NCBI GenBank assembly: GCA_965199495.1
Contig: CBDASK010000003.1
Coordinates: 448,001-512,000 of the forward strand
DNA: 64,000 nucleotides
From: Abditibacterium sp.
Lineage (GTDB): Bacteria > Armatimonadota > Abditibacteriia > Abditibacteriales > Abditibacteriaceae
Direction: 5' to 3'
Shown here: positions 49,137 through 59,418 of the stretch, in pieces
Position numbering within the stretch: position 1 is the first letter of the stretch
How the letters are laid out: every line of letters starts with the position of its first letter
The notes under the pieces: model-generated
Told to the model about the DNA's origin: nothing
Seen by the model: only the letters and a program-made list of their open reading frames with translations
The model's database searches: none
Made by a program: the position numbers and the translations under genes

Positions 49137-51848
49137 ATGAAACGATTCTTTTTTGTGTTCGCGCTGCTTTTGGGTTGCGCGACCGCGATTTGGGCCGAGC
49201 CAACCAGCCAAATCGGGCCTTATACCGTTGAAGTCACGACCGATCCGGGTGTGGTTCCGGTCGGCAAAGCGCAACTCCAACTCAAAGTCACCGCCAACGG
49301 CCAACCGGTCGAGGGCGCGCAAATTACCACGCTCACCAAAATGCCTTCGATGGACATGGGCGAGCGCGAGCAACCGGCGCGACCGCTGGAAACGCCCGGT
49401 TTGTATCAGGCGCCCGCCGCGTTTTCGATGGGCGGCGCTTACGATCTTAATCTCAAAATCGTCGGGCCGCAGGGCGAAGCGAACGGGAAAATATCGCTCT
49501 CGACCGGGCAAAACACCGCCAGTTCGAGCGGCAACGGCGTTCCGCTCTGGCAGTGGCTCGCCGGTTTAACCGTCATCCTGGCGGCGGCATTCACTTTTTA
49601 TCGGATGCGGCGAACAGGCCAGCACTTCAACGCGCGCGCAGTTTTCAACCGGCAGGTTCTGGGCGGATTGGCGCTGCTCGGCGCGATGTTTATGATCGCG
49701 GTTTACGCGGTCAACCATTTCCGGCGCGCGGGCGCGATGTCGCCCATCGAAGCGCAAGCGATGGAGATGAATATGCCCGCGCCCGAAGGCGCTCTGCCCG
49801 TCGAATTGGCCAGCGTCAAACGTGGCGAAGTGAGTGACACCGTCCGTTACACCGGTCAGGCGGTTGGCTTTTTGGAGCAGGACGTGTATCCGCGCGTGCA
49901 GGGAACCTTAGAAACGATGCCGTTTTATGCGGGCGACAAAGTGAAAAAAGGCCAGATTCTGGCGCGTCTCGACACTTCGCAGATCGCACCGCAAGCCGCC
50001 GAGAAAGAAGCGGCAGTCGGCGTGGCTGCAAGCAACGCGACGGTCGCGCAGTCGGAGGCGCAGGGTGCGCAAAGCGCGGTCGGTCAGGCCCAGGCGCAGT
50101 TGAACGCCAAAACCAGCGCCGTCGCCGAAGCGCGCAGCGACGAGCAGAAAGCGCGCGCGATGTTGAACCAAAAGCGTGGCGCCTTCGCCGAAGCGCAGCA
50201 GATGACGACACGTTCGCGCGCCGCCGTAACTCAGGCGCAGGGCGAACTGCGCGGTGCGCGCGCGCAACTGAGCGAAGCCCAATCCGACGCCGATGCTGCG
50301 CGCGCCGAACAAGCGAGCGCGCAATCGGACGTTTCGAGCGCTGGGGCCCAAATTGTCGAGGCGCGCGCCGCAGTGACGGCAACTCAAGCGGATTTGGATT
50401 ACTGGACGAGCGAAATCGCGCGCATGAAAGTTCTGGTGCGCGAAGGCGCCGTCTCGCGCGAAGAGTTCCAACGCGAACAGGCGCAGTTCGAGAACGCTCA
50501 GGCCAAACTCAAACAAGCGCAAGCGCGCGTGACGCAAGTTCAGGCGACTGTAAATGGCGCCAATGCCAAAGTCAGTCGCGCCACCGCGATGATTCGCAGC
50601 GCAAACGCCAAAGCGCGCGGCGCACAGGCGGCGATTGATGCCAATCAAGCGCGCATCGAAGCCGCCCGTGCCGATCAGGGCGCCGCCAACGCGCGCGTAG
50701 ACCAAGCGCGCGCGGATGTCGAATCGGCGCGCGCCGATATTGGCAGTGCCGACGCGCGCATCGGGCGCGCCCAGGCCGACGTGGCTGCTCAAAACTCGCA
50801 GATCAAACAAACCCAATCGCAAGCCGACGCCGCGCGCGAACGCATCGCGCAAGCTCAGGCTGGAACCAAACAGGCGCAGGCCGCCGCCAACAGCGCGAGC
50901 GCAACGTTGGGTTACGCCGAAATCCGCGCGCAACTCGATGGAGTCGTGACGCAGCGCGTTATCAGTCCTGGCACTTTGGTGACGCCAGGCCAGATGATTT
51001 TGAAAATCGCCCAAATCAATCCGATTCGCCTGCAGGCCAACGTCGCCGAAAGCGATCTGGCGCGCATCGAAGTCGGCTCGCCGGTCGCGGTGACAACCAA
51101 AAACAAGAAGAGCCTCCAAGCACGCGTCAGTTCGGTCGCGCCCGCTGTCGATCCGCAAAGTCGCACCGGATTGGTCGAAGTTATCGTGGACAATCCCGAC
51201 GCCACGTTTTTGCCTGGCCAATATGTGAATATGCAAATCACGACGGGTCAGGTTTTCGGCGCGCTGACGGTGCCCTCGCGCGCCATTCGCTACCGCACGG
51301 CGCCCAGTGGAGGCGCGGTTTCAACGAGCGACGACGCTTATATCTGGGTCGCGCAAGCCGTGACCGGAACCGAGCAAATGACCGCGCAACGCGTACCGGT
51401 CGTGGTGAAAAGCGACAACGGCGCGCAAGCCGCCATCGTCGGCGACGTGAAAGCGGACGCGCAAGTCGTGGTCTCGCCAGCGCAAAATCTGAGCAACGGC
51501 ATGACGATTATGGCGGCGAATATGGCGCCGGACGGCGACAAAATGACGATGGCGTCCGATGCAGCCACATCGTCCGACGAGGTTCAGAAAATCGCGGTCG
51601 CGCTGACCGAAAAGGGTTATCAACCGGCGACTTTGAACCTCAAAGCGAACGTGCCCGCGCAACTGACTTTCACGCGTAAGACCGACGCGACTTGCGGAAC
51701 CGAAGTGCAGTTTCCCGATTTCGACATTCGCAAAAAGCTGCCGCTTAACCAGCCGGTAACGATCAGTTTCACGCCCAAAAAGAGCGGCACTTTAGCGTTT
51801 GGCTGCGGCATGGACATGATGATTCGCGGCAAGTTGGTGGTGAAATGA
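49137..51848 (+). CDS. RND adaptor fused to an N-terminal YtkA-like domain and a C-terminal cupredoxin
   Basis: MPSMDM...FSMGG; two TM segments; lipoyl halves; long coiled coil; TCGTEV...FGCGMDMMIRG. Confidence 0.88.
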   Translation: MKRFFFVFALLLGCATAIWAEPTSQIGPYTVEVTTDPGVVPVGKAQLQLKVTANGQPVEGAQITTLTKMPSMDMGEREQPARPLETPGLYQAPAAFSMGGAYDLNLKIVGPQGEANGKISLSTGQNTASSSGNGVPLWQWLAGLTVILAAAFTFYRMRRTGQHFNARAVFNRQVLGGLALLGAMFMIAVYAVNHFRRAGAMSPIEAQAMEMNMPAPEGALPVELASVKRGEVSDTVRYTGQAVGFLEQDVYPRVQGTLETMPFYAGDKVKKGQILARLDTSQIAPQAAEKEAAVGVAASNATVAQSEAQGAQSAVGQAQAQLNAKTSAVAEARSDEQKARAMLNQKRGAFAEAQQMTTRSRAAVTQAQGELRGARAQLSEAQSDADAARAEQASAQSDVSSAGAQIVEARAAVTATQADLDYWTSEIARMKVLVREGAVSREEFQREQAQFENAQAKLKQAQARVTQVQATVNGANAKVSRATAMIRSANAKARGAQAAIDANQARIEAARADQGAANARVDQARADVESARADIGSADARIGRAQADVAAQNSQIKQTQSQADAARERIAQAQAGTKQAQAAANSASATLGYAEIRAQLDGVVTQRVISPGTLVTPGQMILKIAQINPIRLQANVAESDLARIEVGSPVAVTTKNKKSLQARVSSVAPAVDPQSRTGLVEVIVDNPDATFLPGQYVNMQITTGQVFGALTVPSRAIRYRTAPSGGAVSTSDDAYIWVAQAVTGTEQMTAQRVPVVVKSDNGAQAAIVGDVKADAQVVVSPAQNLSNGMTIMAANMAPDGDKMTMASDAATSSDEVQKIAVALTEKGYQPATLNLKANVPAQLTFTRKTDATCGTEVQFPDFDIRKKLPLNQPVTISFTPKKSGTLAFGCGMDMMIRGKLVVK

Positions 51849-54800
51849 GCAGCAATAAAACGCCCAAATTTACCACGCACCGGCCCAACCCGCTGCACAT
51901 GATTCATCGGTGGAGCATCGAGCATCCGCCGATTGTGATCGCGCTTTTCATCGCGATTATGGCAATGGCGTTCATCGCGATTCGCACCATGCCGCGCCGC
52001 TTCGCGCCCTACGTCGAAAGCCCGCTCATTGGCGTCGTCACCATGCAGCCGGGGTTGTCGGCGCAGGAGATGGAACTCTACATTTCCAAGCCCATCGAAG
52101 AGCAACTCATCAACGTCAAGGGGCTGCGATTCATCCGTTCCAACTCGCAAAGCGGCTTCTCGATTGTGACTTTGGAATTCCCCTACGGCACCAATATGCA
52201 GCGCGCTTTGACGGATGTGCAATCGCTGATGAACGTGACGCAATCGAATTTGCCGGTCACGGGCGCCAATCTCAAGCCGTCGTTCGTGGTGCCGATTGAC
52301 CCACTCAATTTGCCGGTCGTTTCGCTCAGTCTGCGCGGCGACGCCAGCAAAGGCTGGGACGAAACGCGCATCCGCGAATTCGCCGACAACACCGTTATCA
52401 ATCGCCTCAAAGCCGTGCCCAACGTCTATTCGGTCGTACCGTTTGGCGGCTATCGTCGGCAGATGCAAGTGACGGTTGACCGCGAGAAATTGGCGTCTTA
52501 CAAGTTGTCGATTATAGACGTGAAAGACGCGATTGATCGTTTCAACGTCTCGCGTCCTGGCGGCACTTTGACCGACGGCCCCAGCGAAGCCATCGTGCGC
52601 GTGGACAGCCGCGTTCAATCGCTGCAGGACATTCTCAACACGCCGATAAAAACCGTTGATGGCAGCGCGATGAGCAACACCAACAGCGCCTCGAACGCCG
52701 CGCCGCGCGTGGTTTATGTGCGCGACGTGGCTGCTGTTGCCGATACGCATTTCGAGCGCCGTAGCGCCTATCATTTCCTGAAAAACGAGCCGGACAAAGA
52801 GGGCGAAATCATTCCCTCGATTGAGGTTTCGGTCATCCAAAATCCTGGCGCGAGTTCGGCTCAGGTCGTGCCCGCCGTGATGGAAGTCGTGCGCCAACTC
52901 GAACGCGAAAATCCTGGCCTCACTTTCGAGGCCGCCTACGATAACGCCGATTTCGTGACGATTCTCTTCGAGAACGTCTGGCACGAATTGGGATTGGCAG
53001 TTTTGCTGACCGGCATCGCGGTTCTGCTGTTTCTGGGCGAATGGCGCGGAACTCTCATCGCCATGATTACGCTGCCGACGAGTCTGGCCTTCGCAGTTTT
53101 GATGATGGTGCCGTTCGGCATGACCTTCAATTCGGGCACTTTGATTGGCCTCTTGCTTTCTATCGGGCGATTGGTGGACGATTCGATTATCGACATTCAC
53201 GCGGTCGAGAGGCATTTGCGCATGGGCAAAGACCCGAAAACCGCCACCATTGACGGCATCGCCGAAGTGCGCGTTGCCGTCATCGCCTCGACCGCGATGA
53301 TCGTGTTGGCGCTTCTGCCGCTACTCTTATCGGGCGGCATCGTCGGCCTGATGTTCGTCGAATTGGTGTGGCCGATTATCTTCGGTTTGGTCGCCTCGAT
53401 GCTGGTTTCGTTTACGCTCACGGCGCTGTTGTGCGCCAAATTGTTGCGCCCCGAAAGCGCGCGTGAAGCCGACCGCAAGGTGCCAGTTTTGAAGTGGCTT
53501 TATCTGATTCTCGACCCGATTCAAAACGGCTTGGATCGCATGGAACGGGGCTACGGACGCGTTATCGCGTGGATGTTGAAGCATCGGTTCGCTAACCTCG
53601 CGCGCGTCGGCGCGACGGTGATTCTGGGCTTTACTTTCTACTATTTCATCGGTAGCGAAATGATGCCACTCGCCGATGTCGGGCAGGCCAACGGTTTCAT
53701 GGAAATGCAGCCGGGGACTTCGTTCGAGCAAACCGAAAAAGCTGTCGGCCAACTTGAAAAAATTATGCTGAAGCATCCCGAATTGGAGAAAGCCAGCATT
53801 GAAATCGGGGCAGAATCAATGTTCGAGAGCTTCACGCCATTTTACACCGGCTACCAGATGCCGCAGGTCAATGGCGCCTCGATGATGCTGACGTTCTCGG
53901 ATAAAGACGCGCGCGACAAAACGATCTGGCAGGTTTTAGACGCGGTTCACGCCGAGGCCGTGGCGACGATTCCGGGTTTGCGGCGCTTGCAAATCAAGGA
54001 AATGGGCAGCGACGTGATGGCGACCGCCGCCGCGCCGATTCACGTTAATATCTACGGGCCGGATTTGAACCAACTCGACCAAATCGCGGGTGAAACGCTG
54101 GCAACCGCCAAGAAAATGCCCGACCTATTTCAGCCGGCGACGACTTCAATCATGGGTTTGCCCGACTACGAAGTGCGCGTTGACCCGCAGCGCGCCGCCG
54201 AAGTCGGGTTGTCGCCCGAAAACATTTCGCAGCAAGCCTATTACGCCTTACGCGGCGGCCTGACTAACGAGTTCTATCGCCAGCCCAATCTGCGCCAGAA
54301 CACGATTTTGGTGCGTTACGCCGCCAAAGCTCGCGCGACTTTTGGCGACTTAGAAAACCTTTATATCGCGGCGGCCAACGGCACGCAGATTCCGCTCAAA
54401 TCGGTGGCGACAATCGAGCGTAGCGTGGCGCCGACTGTTATCGAACACGATATGTTGCAGCGCGTCGTCGGCGTGACCGGTTACTATCGCCCTCATCATC
54501 TGCCTTCGATGGACGTGGTGATGCAATTGGTCGCCAACGCTTACGGCGGCAACGCCAAATTGGGCGCCCAGCCGGTCAATTTTCCGCCTGGCTACGGCAT
54601 GGAAATGCGCGGCGACATGACGCAGATGATGGAGAGTTTCCGCCGCCTGATGAACGGTTTGTGGCTCGCCCTCGCGTTCATGTATCTGGTTCTGGTGATC
54701 CAGTTTCGCGGCTTCTTGCAGCCGCTTCAGATGATCGCCAGTCTGCCGCTCGAACTCGCCGGAGTTTTTATCGCGTTGTGGCTCGCGGGCCAGGCGTTTT

Positions 54801-55318
54801 CGACGGTGTCGCTGCTGGGCATTATCATCCTGACAGGCATGGACATCACGACGGCGGTTTTGCTGATCGATTTGATCATGAAATACCGCGACCGAGGCGT
54901 GCCGCGCGACCAAGCGATTATCGAGGCGTGCCCGCAGCGCTTGCGCCCGATTCTGATGACGGCGGGCATCGCGGTTATCGTCTTGCTACCCATCGCCATC
55001 GCGCCGCGCACCGGCCTCGATGCCTACCAACCGCTCGCGACGGCGGTCGTCGGCGGCCTCATCGTCGGCACGATTTTGAGCCTGTTCGACCTGCCGATTA
55101 TGCACACCTACGTGGACGATTTGACGCGCTGGCTGCACCGCACATTTCTGGGCCGCGAGTGGAGTTGGCCAGTCACGGAAAGCGATGAGAACGCCGAAGT
55201 GTTGGCCACCGATGCCGAAAGCGGTTTCGACGGGCCGCATTTCCCAGGGCCAAACGGCAATGGAAACGGCGTGAATGGATCGAAAGCAACGGTCGGGAGC
55301 GAGCGTGATGCCTTTTGA
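51845..55318 (+). CDS. RND efflux permease, operon 3, with atypical TM4/TM10 residues
   Basis: 1157 aa; IGRLVDDSIIDIH, RLRPILMT; ATGA overlap with the adaptor gene. Confidence 0.9.
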   Translation: MSSNKTPKFTTHRPNPLHMIHRWSIEHPPIVIALFIAIMAMAFIAIRTMPRRFAPYVESPLIGVVTMQPGLSAQEMELYISKPIEEQLINVKGLRFIRSNSQSGFSIVTLEFPYGTNMQRALTDVQSLMNVTQSNLPVTGANLKPSFVVPIDPLNLPVVSLSLRGDASKGWDETRIREFADNTVINRLKAVPNVYSVVPFGGYRRQMQVTVDREKLASYKLSIIDVKDAIDRFNVSRPGGTLTDGPSEAIVRVDSRVQSLQDILNTPIKTVDGSAMSNTNSASNAAPRVVYVRDVAAVADTHFERRSAYHFLKNEPDKEGEIIPSIEVSVIQNPGASSAQVVPAVMEVVRQLERENPGLTFEAAYDNADFVTILFENVWHELGLAVLLTGIAVLLFLGEWRGTLIAMITLPTSLAFAVLMMVPFGMTFNSGTLIGLLLSIGRLVDDSIIDIHAVERHLRMGKDPKTATIDGIAEVRVAVIASTAMIVLALLPLLLSGGIVGLMFVELVWPIIFGLVASMLVSFTLTALLCAKLLRPESAREADRKVPVLKWLYLILDPIQNGLDRMERGYGRVIAWMLKHRFANLARVGATVILGFTFYYFIGSEMMPLADVGQANGFMEMQPGTSFEQTEKAVGQLEKIMLKHPELEKASIEIGAESMFESFTPFYTGYQMPQVNGASMMLTFSDKDARDKTIWQVLDAVHAEAVATIPGLRRLQIKEMGSDVMATAAAPIHVNIYGPDLNQLDQIAGETLATAKKMPDLFQPATTSIMGLPDYEVRVDPQRAAEVGLSPENISQQAYYALRGGLTNEFYRQPNLRQNTILVRYAAKARATFGDLENLYIAAANGTQIPLKSVATIERSVAPTVIEHDMLQRVVGVTGYYRPHHLPSMDVVMQLVANAYGGNAKLGAQPVNFPPGYGMEMRGDMTQMMESFRRLMNGLWLALAFMYLVLVIQFRGFLQPLQMIASLPLELAGVFIALWLAGQAFSTVSLLGIIILTGMDITTAVLLIDLIMKYRDRGVPRDQAIIEACPQRLRPILMTAGIAVIVLLPIAIAPRTGLDAYQPLATAVVGGLIVGTILSLFDLPIMHTYVDDLTRWLHRTFLGREWSWPVTESDENAEVLATDAESGFDGPHFPGPNGNGNGVNGSKATVGSERDAF

Positions 55319-55836
55319 AAACCGCGCCCTCAAACCAGCAGCCACGTCGCCGTTGGCTGCGCATCGGGCCAGGCGTTTTGCTCGCCTTAACCGCTATCGC
55401 GTGGAGCTGGCCAACTCTGTTTCCGCCCGACAAACCGCCGGTCGCCCTACGCACATTAACCGCGACGAAAAACGCGCCGCCTTCGGCGCCCGACCCGACG
55501 TGGCTGCTGTCGAAGCGCAGCGAACTCCAAATGACCGACGCGCAATTCCAGAAGTTAAGCGCGCTTCAACAACGATTTGCGCGCGACACGCGCGAATTGC
55601 AAACCTCAATTGACGCCGCCACGAGCGACTTCGGTGGCGCCATGAACGCCGGTAACGCCGCGACGATGGAACAATTGCAAACGCGCGCGGCACCTTTATC
55701 GGAATTGTCGAGCCAGATGGCGAGCGCGCGCCGCGCCTGGTGGAGCGAGGCGTCGCTGGCGCTTGATGCGGCCCAGCGCAAAAACGCGCAAGCCGCGTGG
55801 AGTCGGCATTTAGCGAGACGCGCCCGAACTCGATAG
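55315..55836 (+). CDS. Membrane-anchored helical periplasmic protein (Spy/CpxP/ZraP-like)
   Basis: TM segment, ELQMTDAQ and LDAAQR (LTxxQ-like) motifs; TTGA overlap. Confidence 0.6.
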   Translation: MKTAPSNQQPRRRWLRIGPGVLLALTAIAWSWPTLFPPDKPPVALRTLTATKNAPPSAPDPTWLLSKRSELQMTDAQFQKLSALQQRFARDTRELQTSIDAATSDFGGAMNAGNAATMEQLQTRAAPLSELSSQMASARRAWWSEASLALDAAQRKNAQAAWSRHLARRARTR

Positions 55837-55888
55837 AAACGGCAAACCAGAAAGCAATGCCGCTCTAAAACTCACGACATTCAAATCC

Positions 55889-57232
55889 ATGAAAAACCTA
55901 CTTCTAACCCTGCTGCTCGCCGCGCCCGCGCTGGCCCAAACGCCCGACGTGTTGCCCAGCGACGCGGTTGTGCCCGCGACGTTACGAGAACGTCCCTCTG
56001 TTGAGGGCGCGCTCACGCTGCAAGAGGCGACGCGGTTCGCCTTAGACAACAGCCCGATCACGCGCGGTGGTGTGGCCGAACTCGACATCGCGCAGGCGCG
56101 CATTCGGTCGGCTCAAGCGGAGCGTAAGTTCAGCGTTTCGGCCACGACGTTCCTCACGGCGGGCAACGAAAATGGCCCGATTTATAACTCGCCCCTGGGC
56201 GTGACGCCGCAGAATCTGTTCACCGTGCCAAGCGGCGGATTCGCCGATCAAAACGTGATGTTCATGTTGCCGCTTTTGACCGGCGGGCGCTTGCAGGCTC
56301 TGACGCGCCAAGCGCAGTTAGCACGCGACGCTTCGGCCTTCGATTTGGAAGGGTTGCGGCTCGATGTGACGCTGGAAACGCACCGCGCCTACCTTGCGGC
56401 GCTGTTGGCGCTCGAAACCCAAAATGTGGCCAGCGCGCGCGAAAAGGCGACGCTGGAAACCCTGGAAAATGACCGCGTGGCGCTACGCGTGGGCCGCGTG
56501 CCCCAACTCTACGTGTTGCGCGACGAGGCCGAGTATGCCGACGCCCAGCAGAGCGCGACCGACAGCGCGCGCGACGTGGAAATCGCCTTAATTTCTCTGC
56601 GCGCGGTCATGGGCGCCGCCGCCGACTCAACGTTTACGCTGCCAGATGCGCTCGCCGCTCCACCCGCGCCCGCGCCTTTAGCCCAAGCGGTGGCGCTCGC
56701 CCTGGCCCAACGCCCCGAAATTCTGGGCGCGCGCAAACGGCTCGAAAGCTCGCGTCAGGGCGAAGTCGCCGCCAAAGGCGCTTCTAAATTGCAGGCGTCG
56801 CTAATGGGAATGGGCGACCTGAGCCGTTCGCGCCGCAGTTCGGCCAGCGGCGTTTCGGTCGGCCTGATTTTGGGCATTCCGCTTTTCGATGGCGGACTGC
56901 GCCGCGCCGACCGCGAAGTGGCCAGCGGTGAGACCGCGCGCGCGCAGGCCGAACTCGAACGCCTGGAAATCACTGTCGAAAGCGAAGTCGCCAGCACGCA
57001 GGTCACGCTTGGGGCCGCACTCAAAAACGTCGGCACCGCCCAAAGCGCGCTCGAAGCGGCCCAGGAATCCTATCGTTTGGCGTTGCTGCGTTACCAGAGC
57101 GGTCGCTCGACTAACGCCGAAGCCCTCGACTCGTTGGCCGCGCTGACCAGAGCGCGCACCAACGTGGCGCGCGCGCTCTATCAAGCGCAAATCGCCGCCG
57201 ACCAACTCGCACGCGCCAGCGGCTCTCTGTAA
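55889..57232 (+). CDS. TolC-family outer membrane factor, operon 3
   Basis: LTLQEATRFALDNSP, PLFDGG, RYQSGRST. Confidence 0.9.
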   Translation: MKNLLLTLLLAAPALAQTPDVLPSDAVVPATLRERPSVEGALTLQEATRFALDNSPITRGGVAELDIAQARIRSAQAERKFSVSATTFLTAGNENGPIYNSPLGVTPQNLFTVPSGGFADQNVMFMLPLLTGGRLQALTRQAQLARDASAFDLEGLRLDVTLETHRAYLAALLALETQNVASAREKATLETLENDRVALRVGRVPQLYVLRDEAEYADAQQSATDSARDVEIALISLRAVMGAAADSTFTLPDALAAPPAPAPLAQAVALALAQRPEILGARKRLESSRQGEVAAKGASKLQASLMGMGDLSRSRRSSASGVSVGLILGIPLFDGGLRRADREVASGETARAQAELERLEITVESEVASTQVTLGAALKNVGTAQSALEAAQESYRLALLRYQSGRSTNAEALDSLAALTRARTNVARALYQAQIAADQLARASGSL

Positions 57233-57274
57233 TCAACGGGCCAAGTCGCACCCGACTCGGCTTCGATACTCAAA

Positions 57275-57655
57275 ATGAGTTCGGCAGCACCGGACACCGC
57301 CGCGCCCGGCACGACTTTTGGTTTGGTCGCCTCGATTCCGGTTTTTACCGGCGGCAGAAAACGTGAGCAGTTGGCGCTCGAAATTGCGCAGAGCGTGCAG
57401 GCCGCCTACCTCAACTTGAACGCCGCCGAGCAGAACGTGACGACGGCGCGTGTCGCTTTGACTTCGGCGCGCGAAGATTACCGCGTCGCACAAATCCGCT
57501 ATCAATCGGGCCGCAGCACAATCGTGGACGCGCTCGACGCCCTCGCTTCGCGCACGCGCGCACAAAGTAATCTGGTGCAAGCGTTGTTCGCCTACAACGT
57601 CGGGCGCGATACTCTGCTGCGCGCGGTCGGCGAATTGGTGCCGCCTGGCGGCTGA
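57275..57655 (+). pseudogene. C-terminal fragment of another TolC
   Basis: IPVFTGG...RYQSGRSTIVDALDA; N-terminal part absent and an internal deletion relative to the intact TolC. Confidence 0.75.
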
Positions 57656-57665
57656 AGATCGAATT

Positions 57666-58535
57666 ATGAACCCACATTCATTTCATCAGAAAACTCTAAC
57701 GGCGCTTAGCGTTCTCATCTGTGGCGCGGGAGGCATAGGCATCGGGCGGGCGTTAGATGGAGCGCAAGAGTTTTTTTCCTTTGCCGGTTTCGATTGCCCA
57801 ATTACCCACAGAGGAGTATTTCCTCAAGATTGGGCGGAGGCTCGATTGATCGAACTCAATCACAATTTTGCTGACATCGAAAAAGCTATTCTTCAAATCG
57901 TTAGCTGGCGATACTTTTTAGATAAGCCCGAACTATTCGAGCCGACACTCAATCGTCTGCAACTCATTTTGGCGCCAGCCGGTTGGACGGTAGAAATGGA
58001 CGGAATCTCGCCTTACTTGCGTCAACTGCCTCCATCGTTCCAGTTGCAAAAAGCGACGGTATTACCGATGCAACCGACGCCGGAGTTTGGTAAGATTTGC
58101 GGCGATGAAACTTGGATCAAAGTTCTGCGCGCCCGCTGGGACGAAGCGGAAAGATGTATCGCCGCCGATGCTCCGGTGATGGCGATTGTCGCGTTGGGCA
58201 GCATTTTGGAAGGCGCGCTCAAAGCGACTGCCGACCGCTTTCCCAGCGCAGCCAATCAAGCCAACAAAGCGCCCAAAGATGCGGCGAGTGGCAAAGCCAA
58301 ACCTTTCCGAGATTGGACGTTTTTCGATTTCATTCAGGTTGCCCAAGAGTTAGGCTGGATTGGCAACGACACAACGCGCCTGGGACAAGCAGTGCGCGAA
58401 TACCGCAATTTGGTTCATCCCGCAGAGCAAGTGAAGGCTGGGGAGTTTCCGACGCAAGGCTCGGCGCGCGCTTGCCGCGAAGCCGTGTTAGCCAGCTTAG
58501 AAAATCTCATTGGTTGGCTCGAAACTCAATCTTGA
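57666..58535 (+). CDS. Protein with C-terminal HEPN-like (DUF4145-like) domain
   Basis: ALGSILEGAL...IQVAQELGWI...REYRNLVHP. Confidence 0.6.
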   Translation: MNPHSFHQKTLTALSVLICGAGGIGIGRALDGAQEFFSFAGFDCPITHRGVFPQDWAEARLIELNHNFADIEKAILQIVSWRYFLDKPELFEPTLNRLQLILAPAGWTVEMDGISPYLRQLPPSFQLQKATVLPMQPTPEFGKICGDETWIKVLRARWDEAERCIAADAPVMAIVALGSILEGALKATADRFPSAANQANKAPKDAASGKAKPFRDWTFFDFIQVAQELGWIGNDTTRLGQAVREYRNLVHPAEQVKAGEFPTQGSARACREAVLASLENLIGWLETQS

Positions 58536-59341
58536 ATCGGACGCGACGCGGTTTGTTTTACGAACTGCCACAACAGAATCAACCCGCAAACGCCGATGAA
58601 TAAGCTCGCCCATTGGCCCGAACTGAGCGGGCCAAAATAGGTTTCGTCGGCGCGGAAGAAATCGGTTGCAAAGCGCGCGAATCCGTAAAACGCCAGAAAT
58701 ATCGCCGATAACCGTCCCTCTCGCGCTTCTCGCCACGCGACGTGGCTGCGTGCCACGTAGAGTAGCAATCCCCACAGCAACAGGTGCGAGACGGCCTCAT
58801 ACAACTGCGACGGATGGCGCGGTAAGCCGTCCACTTGCGGGAAAATCACGCCCCATTTGCCGCTCGTCGGTGCGCCGACTAATTCGCCGTTGATGAAGTT
58901 GGCGATTCTGCCGATACCCAAACCCAACGCCGAAGGAAAGGTCAGCGCGTCGGTGACTTGCCAGAAGCTCAAGCGAAACTTCCACACACCCCACACGACG
59001 GCCAGCAACACGCCCGCCAATCCGCCGAAGAACGCCATGCCGCCGTTCCAGATTTGAAGGGGAAACCAGATGTTCGCGCGCCAGACATCCAGGTTTTGCA
59101 GCACATAACCGATGCGCCCACCCAAAACCACGCCCGCGACTAACGCCATAATCAGCGCGTCCAGCTTGCGGGGATTGAGATTGGCAATGCGCCCATTGAC
59201 CGCCACACGCCGCAGGGTGAGGTAAGCCAGCGCGAAACTCAAAACATAAGCGAAACCATACCAGCGTAAGCCGACGGTTTGGCCGTGCCACCGCAAGCTG
59301 ACGATAAACGGCGATAAGTTGTGGGTGTAAATCCAGGGCAT
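58526..59341 (-). CDS. lgt: Prolipoprotein diacylglyceryl transferase paralog
   Basis: RWYG, GGRIGY, GGMAFFGG, GRIANFINGE, HPSQLYE. Confidence 0.9.
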   Translation of the reverse strand: MPWIYTHNLSPFIVSLRWHGQTVGLRWYGFAYVLSFALAYLTLRRVAVNGRIANLNPRKLDALIMALVAGVVLGGRIGYVLQNLDVWRANIWFPLQIWNGGMAFFGGLAGVLLAVVWGVWKFRLSFWQVTDALTFPSALGLGIGRIANFINGELVGAPTSGKWGVIFPQVDGLPRHPSQLYEAVSHLLLWGLLLYVARSHVAWREAREGRLSAIFLAFYGFARFATDFFRADETYFGPLSSGQWASLFIGVCGLILLWQFVKQTASRPIQD

Positions 59342-59418
59342 CGGCAGGGCATTAGATTTTAGCGCATCATACCTCCTACCACTATAAAAAGTGCAAAGTA
59401 TCTGCGACCAGCTACAGG

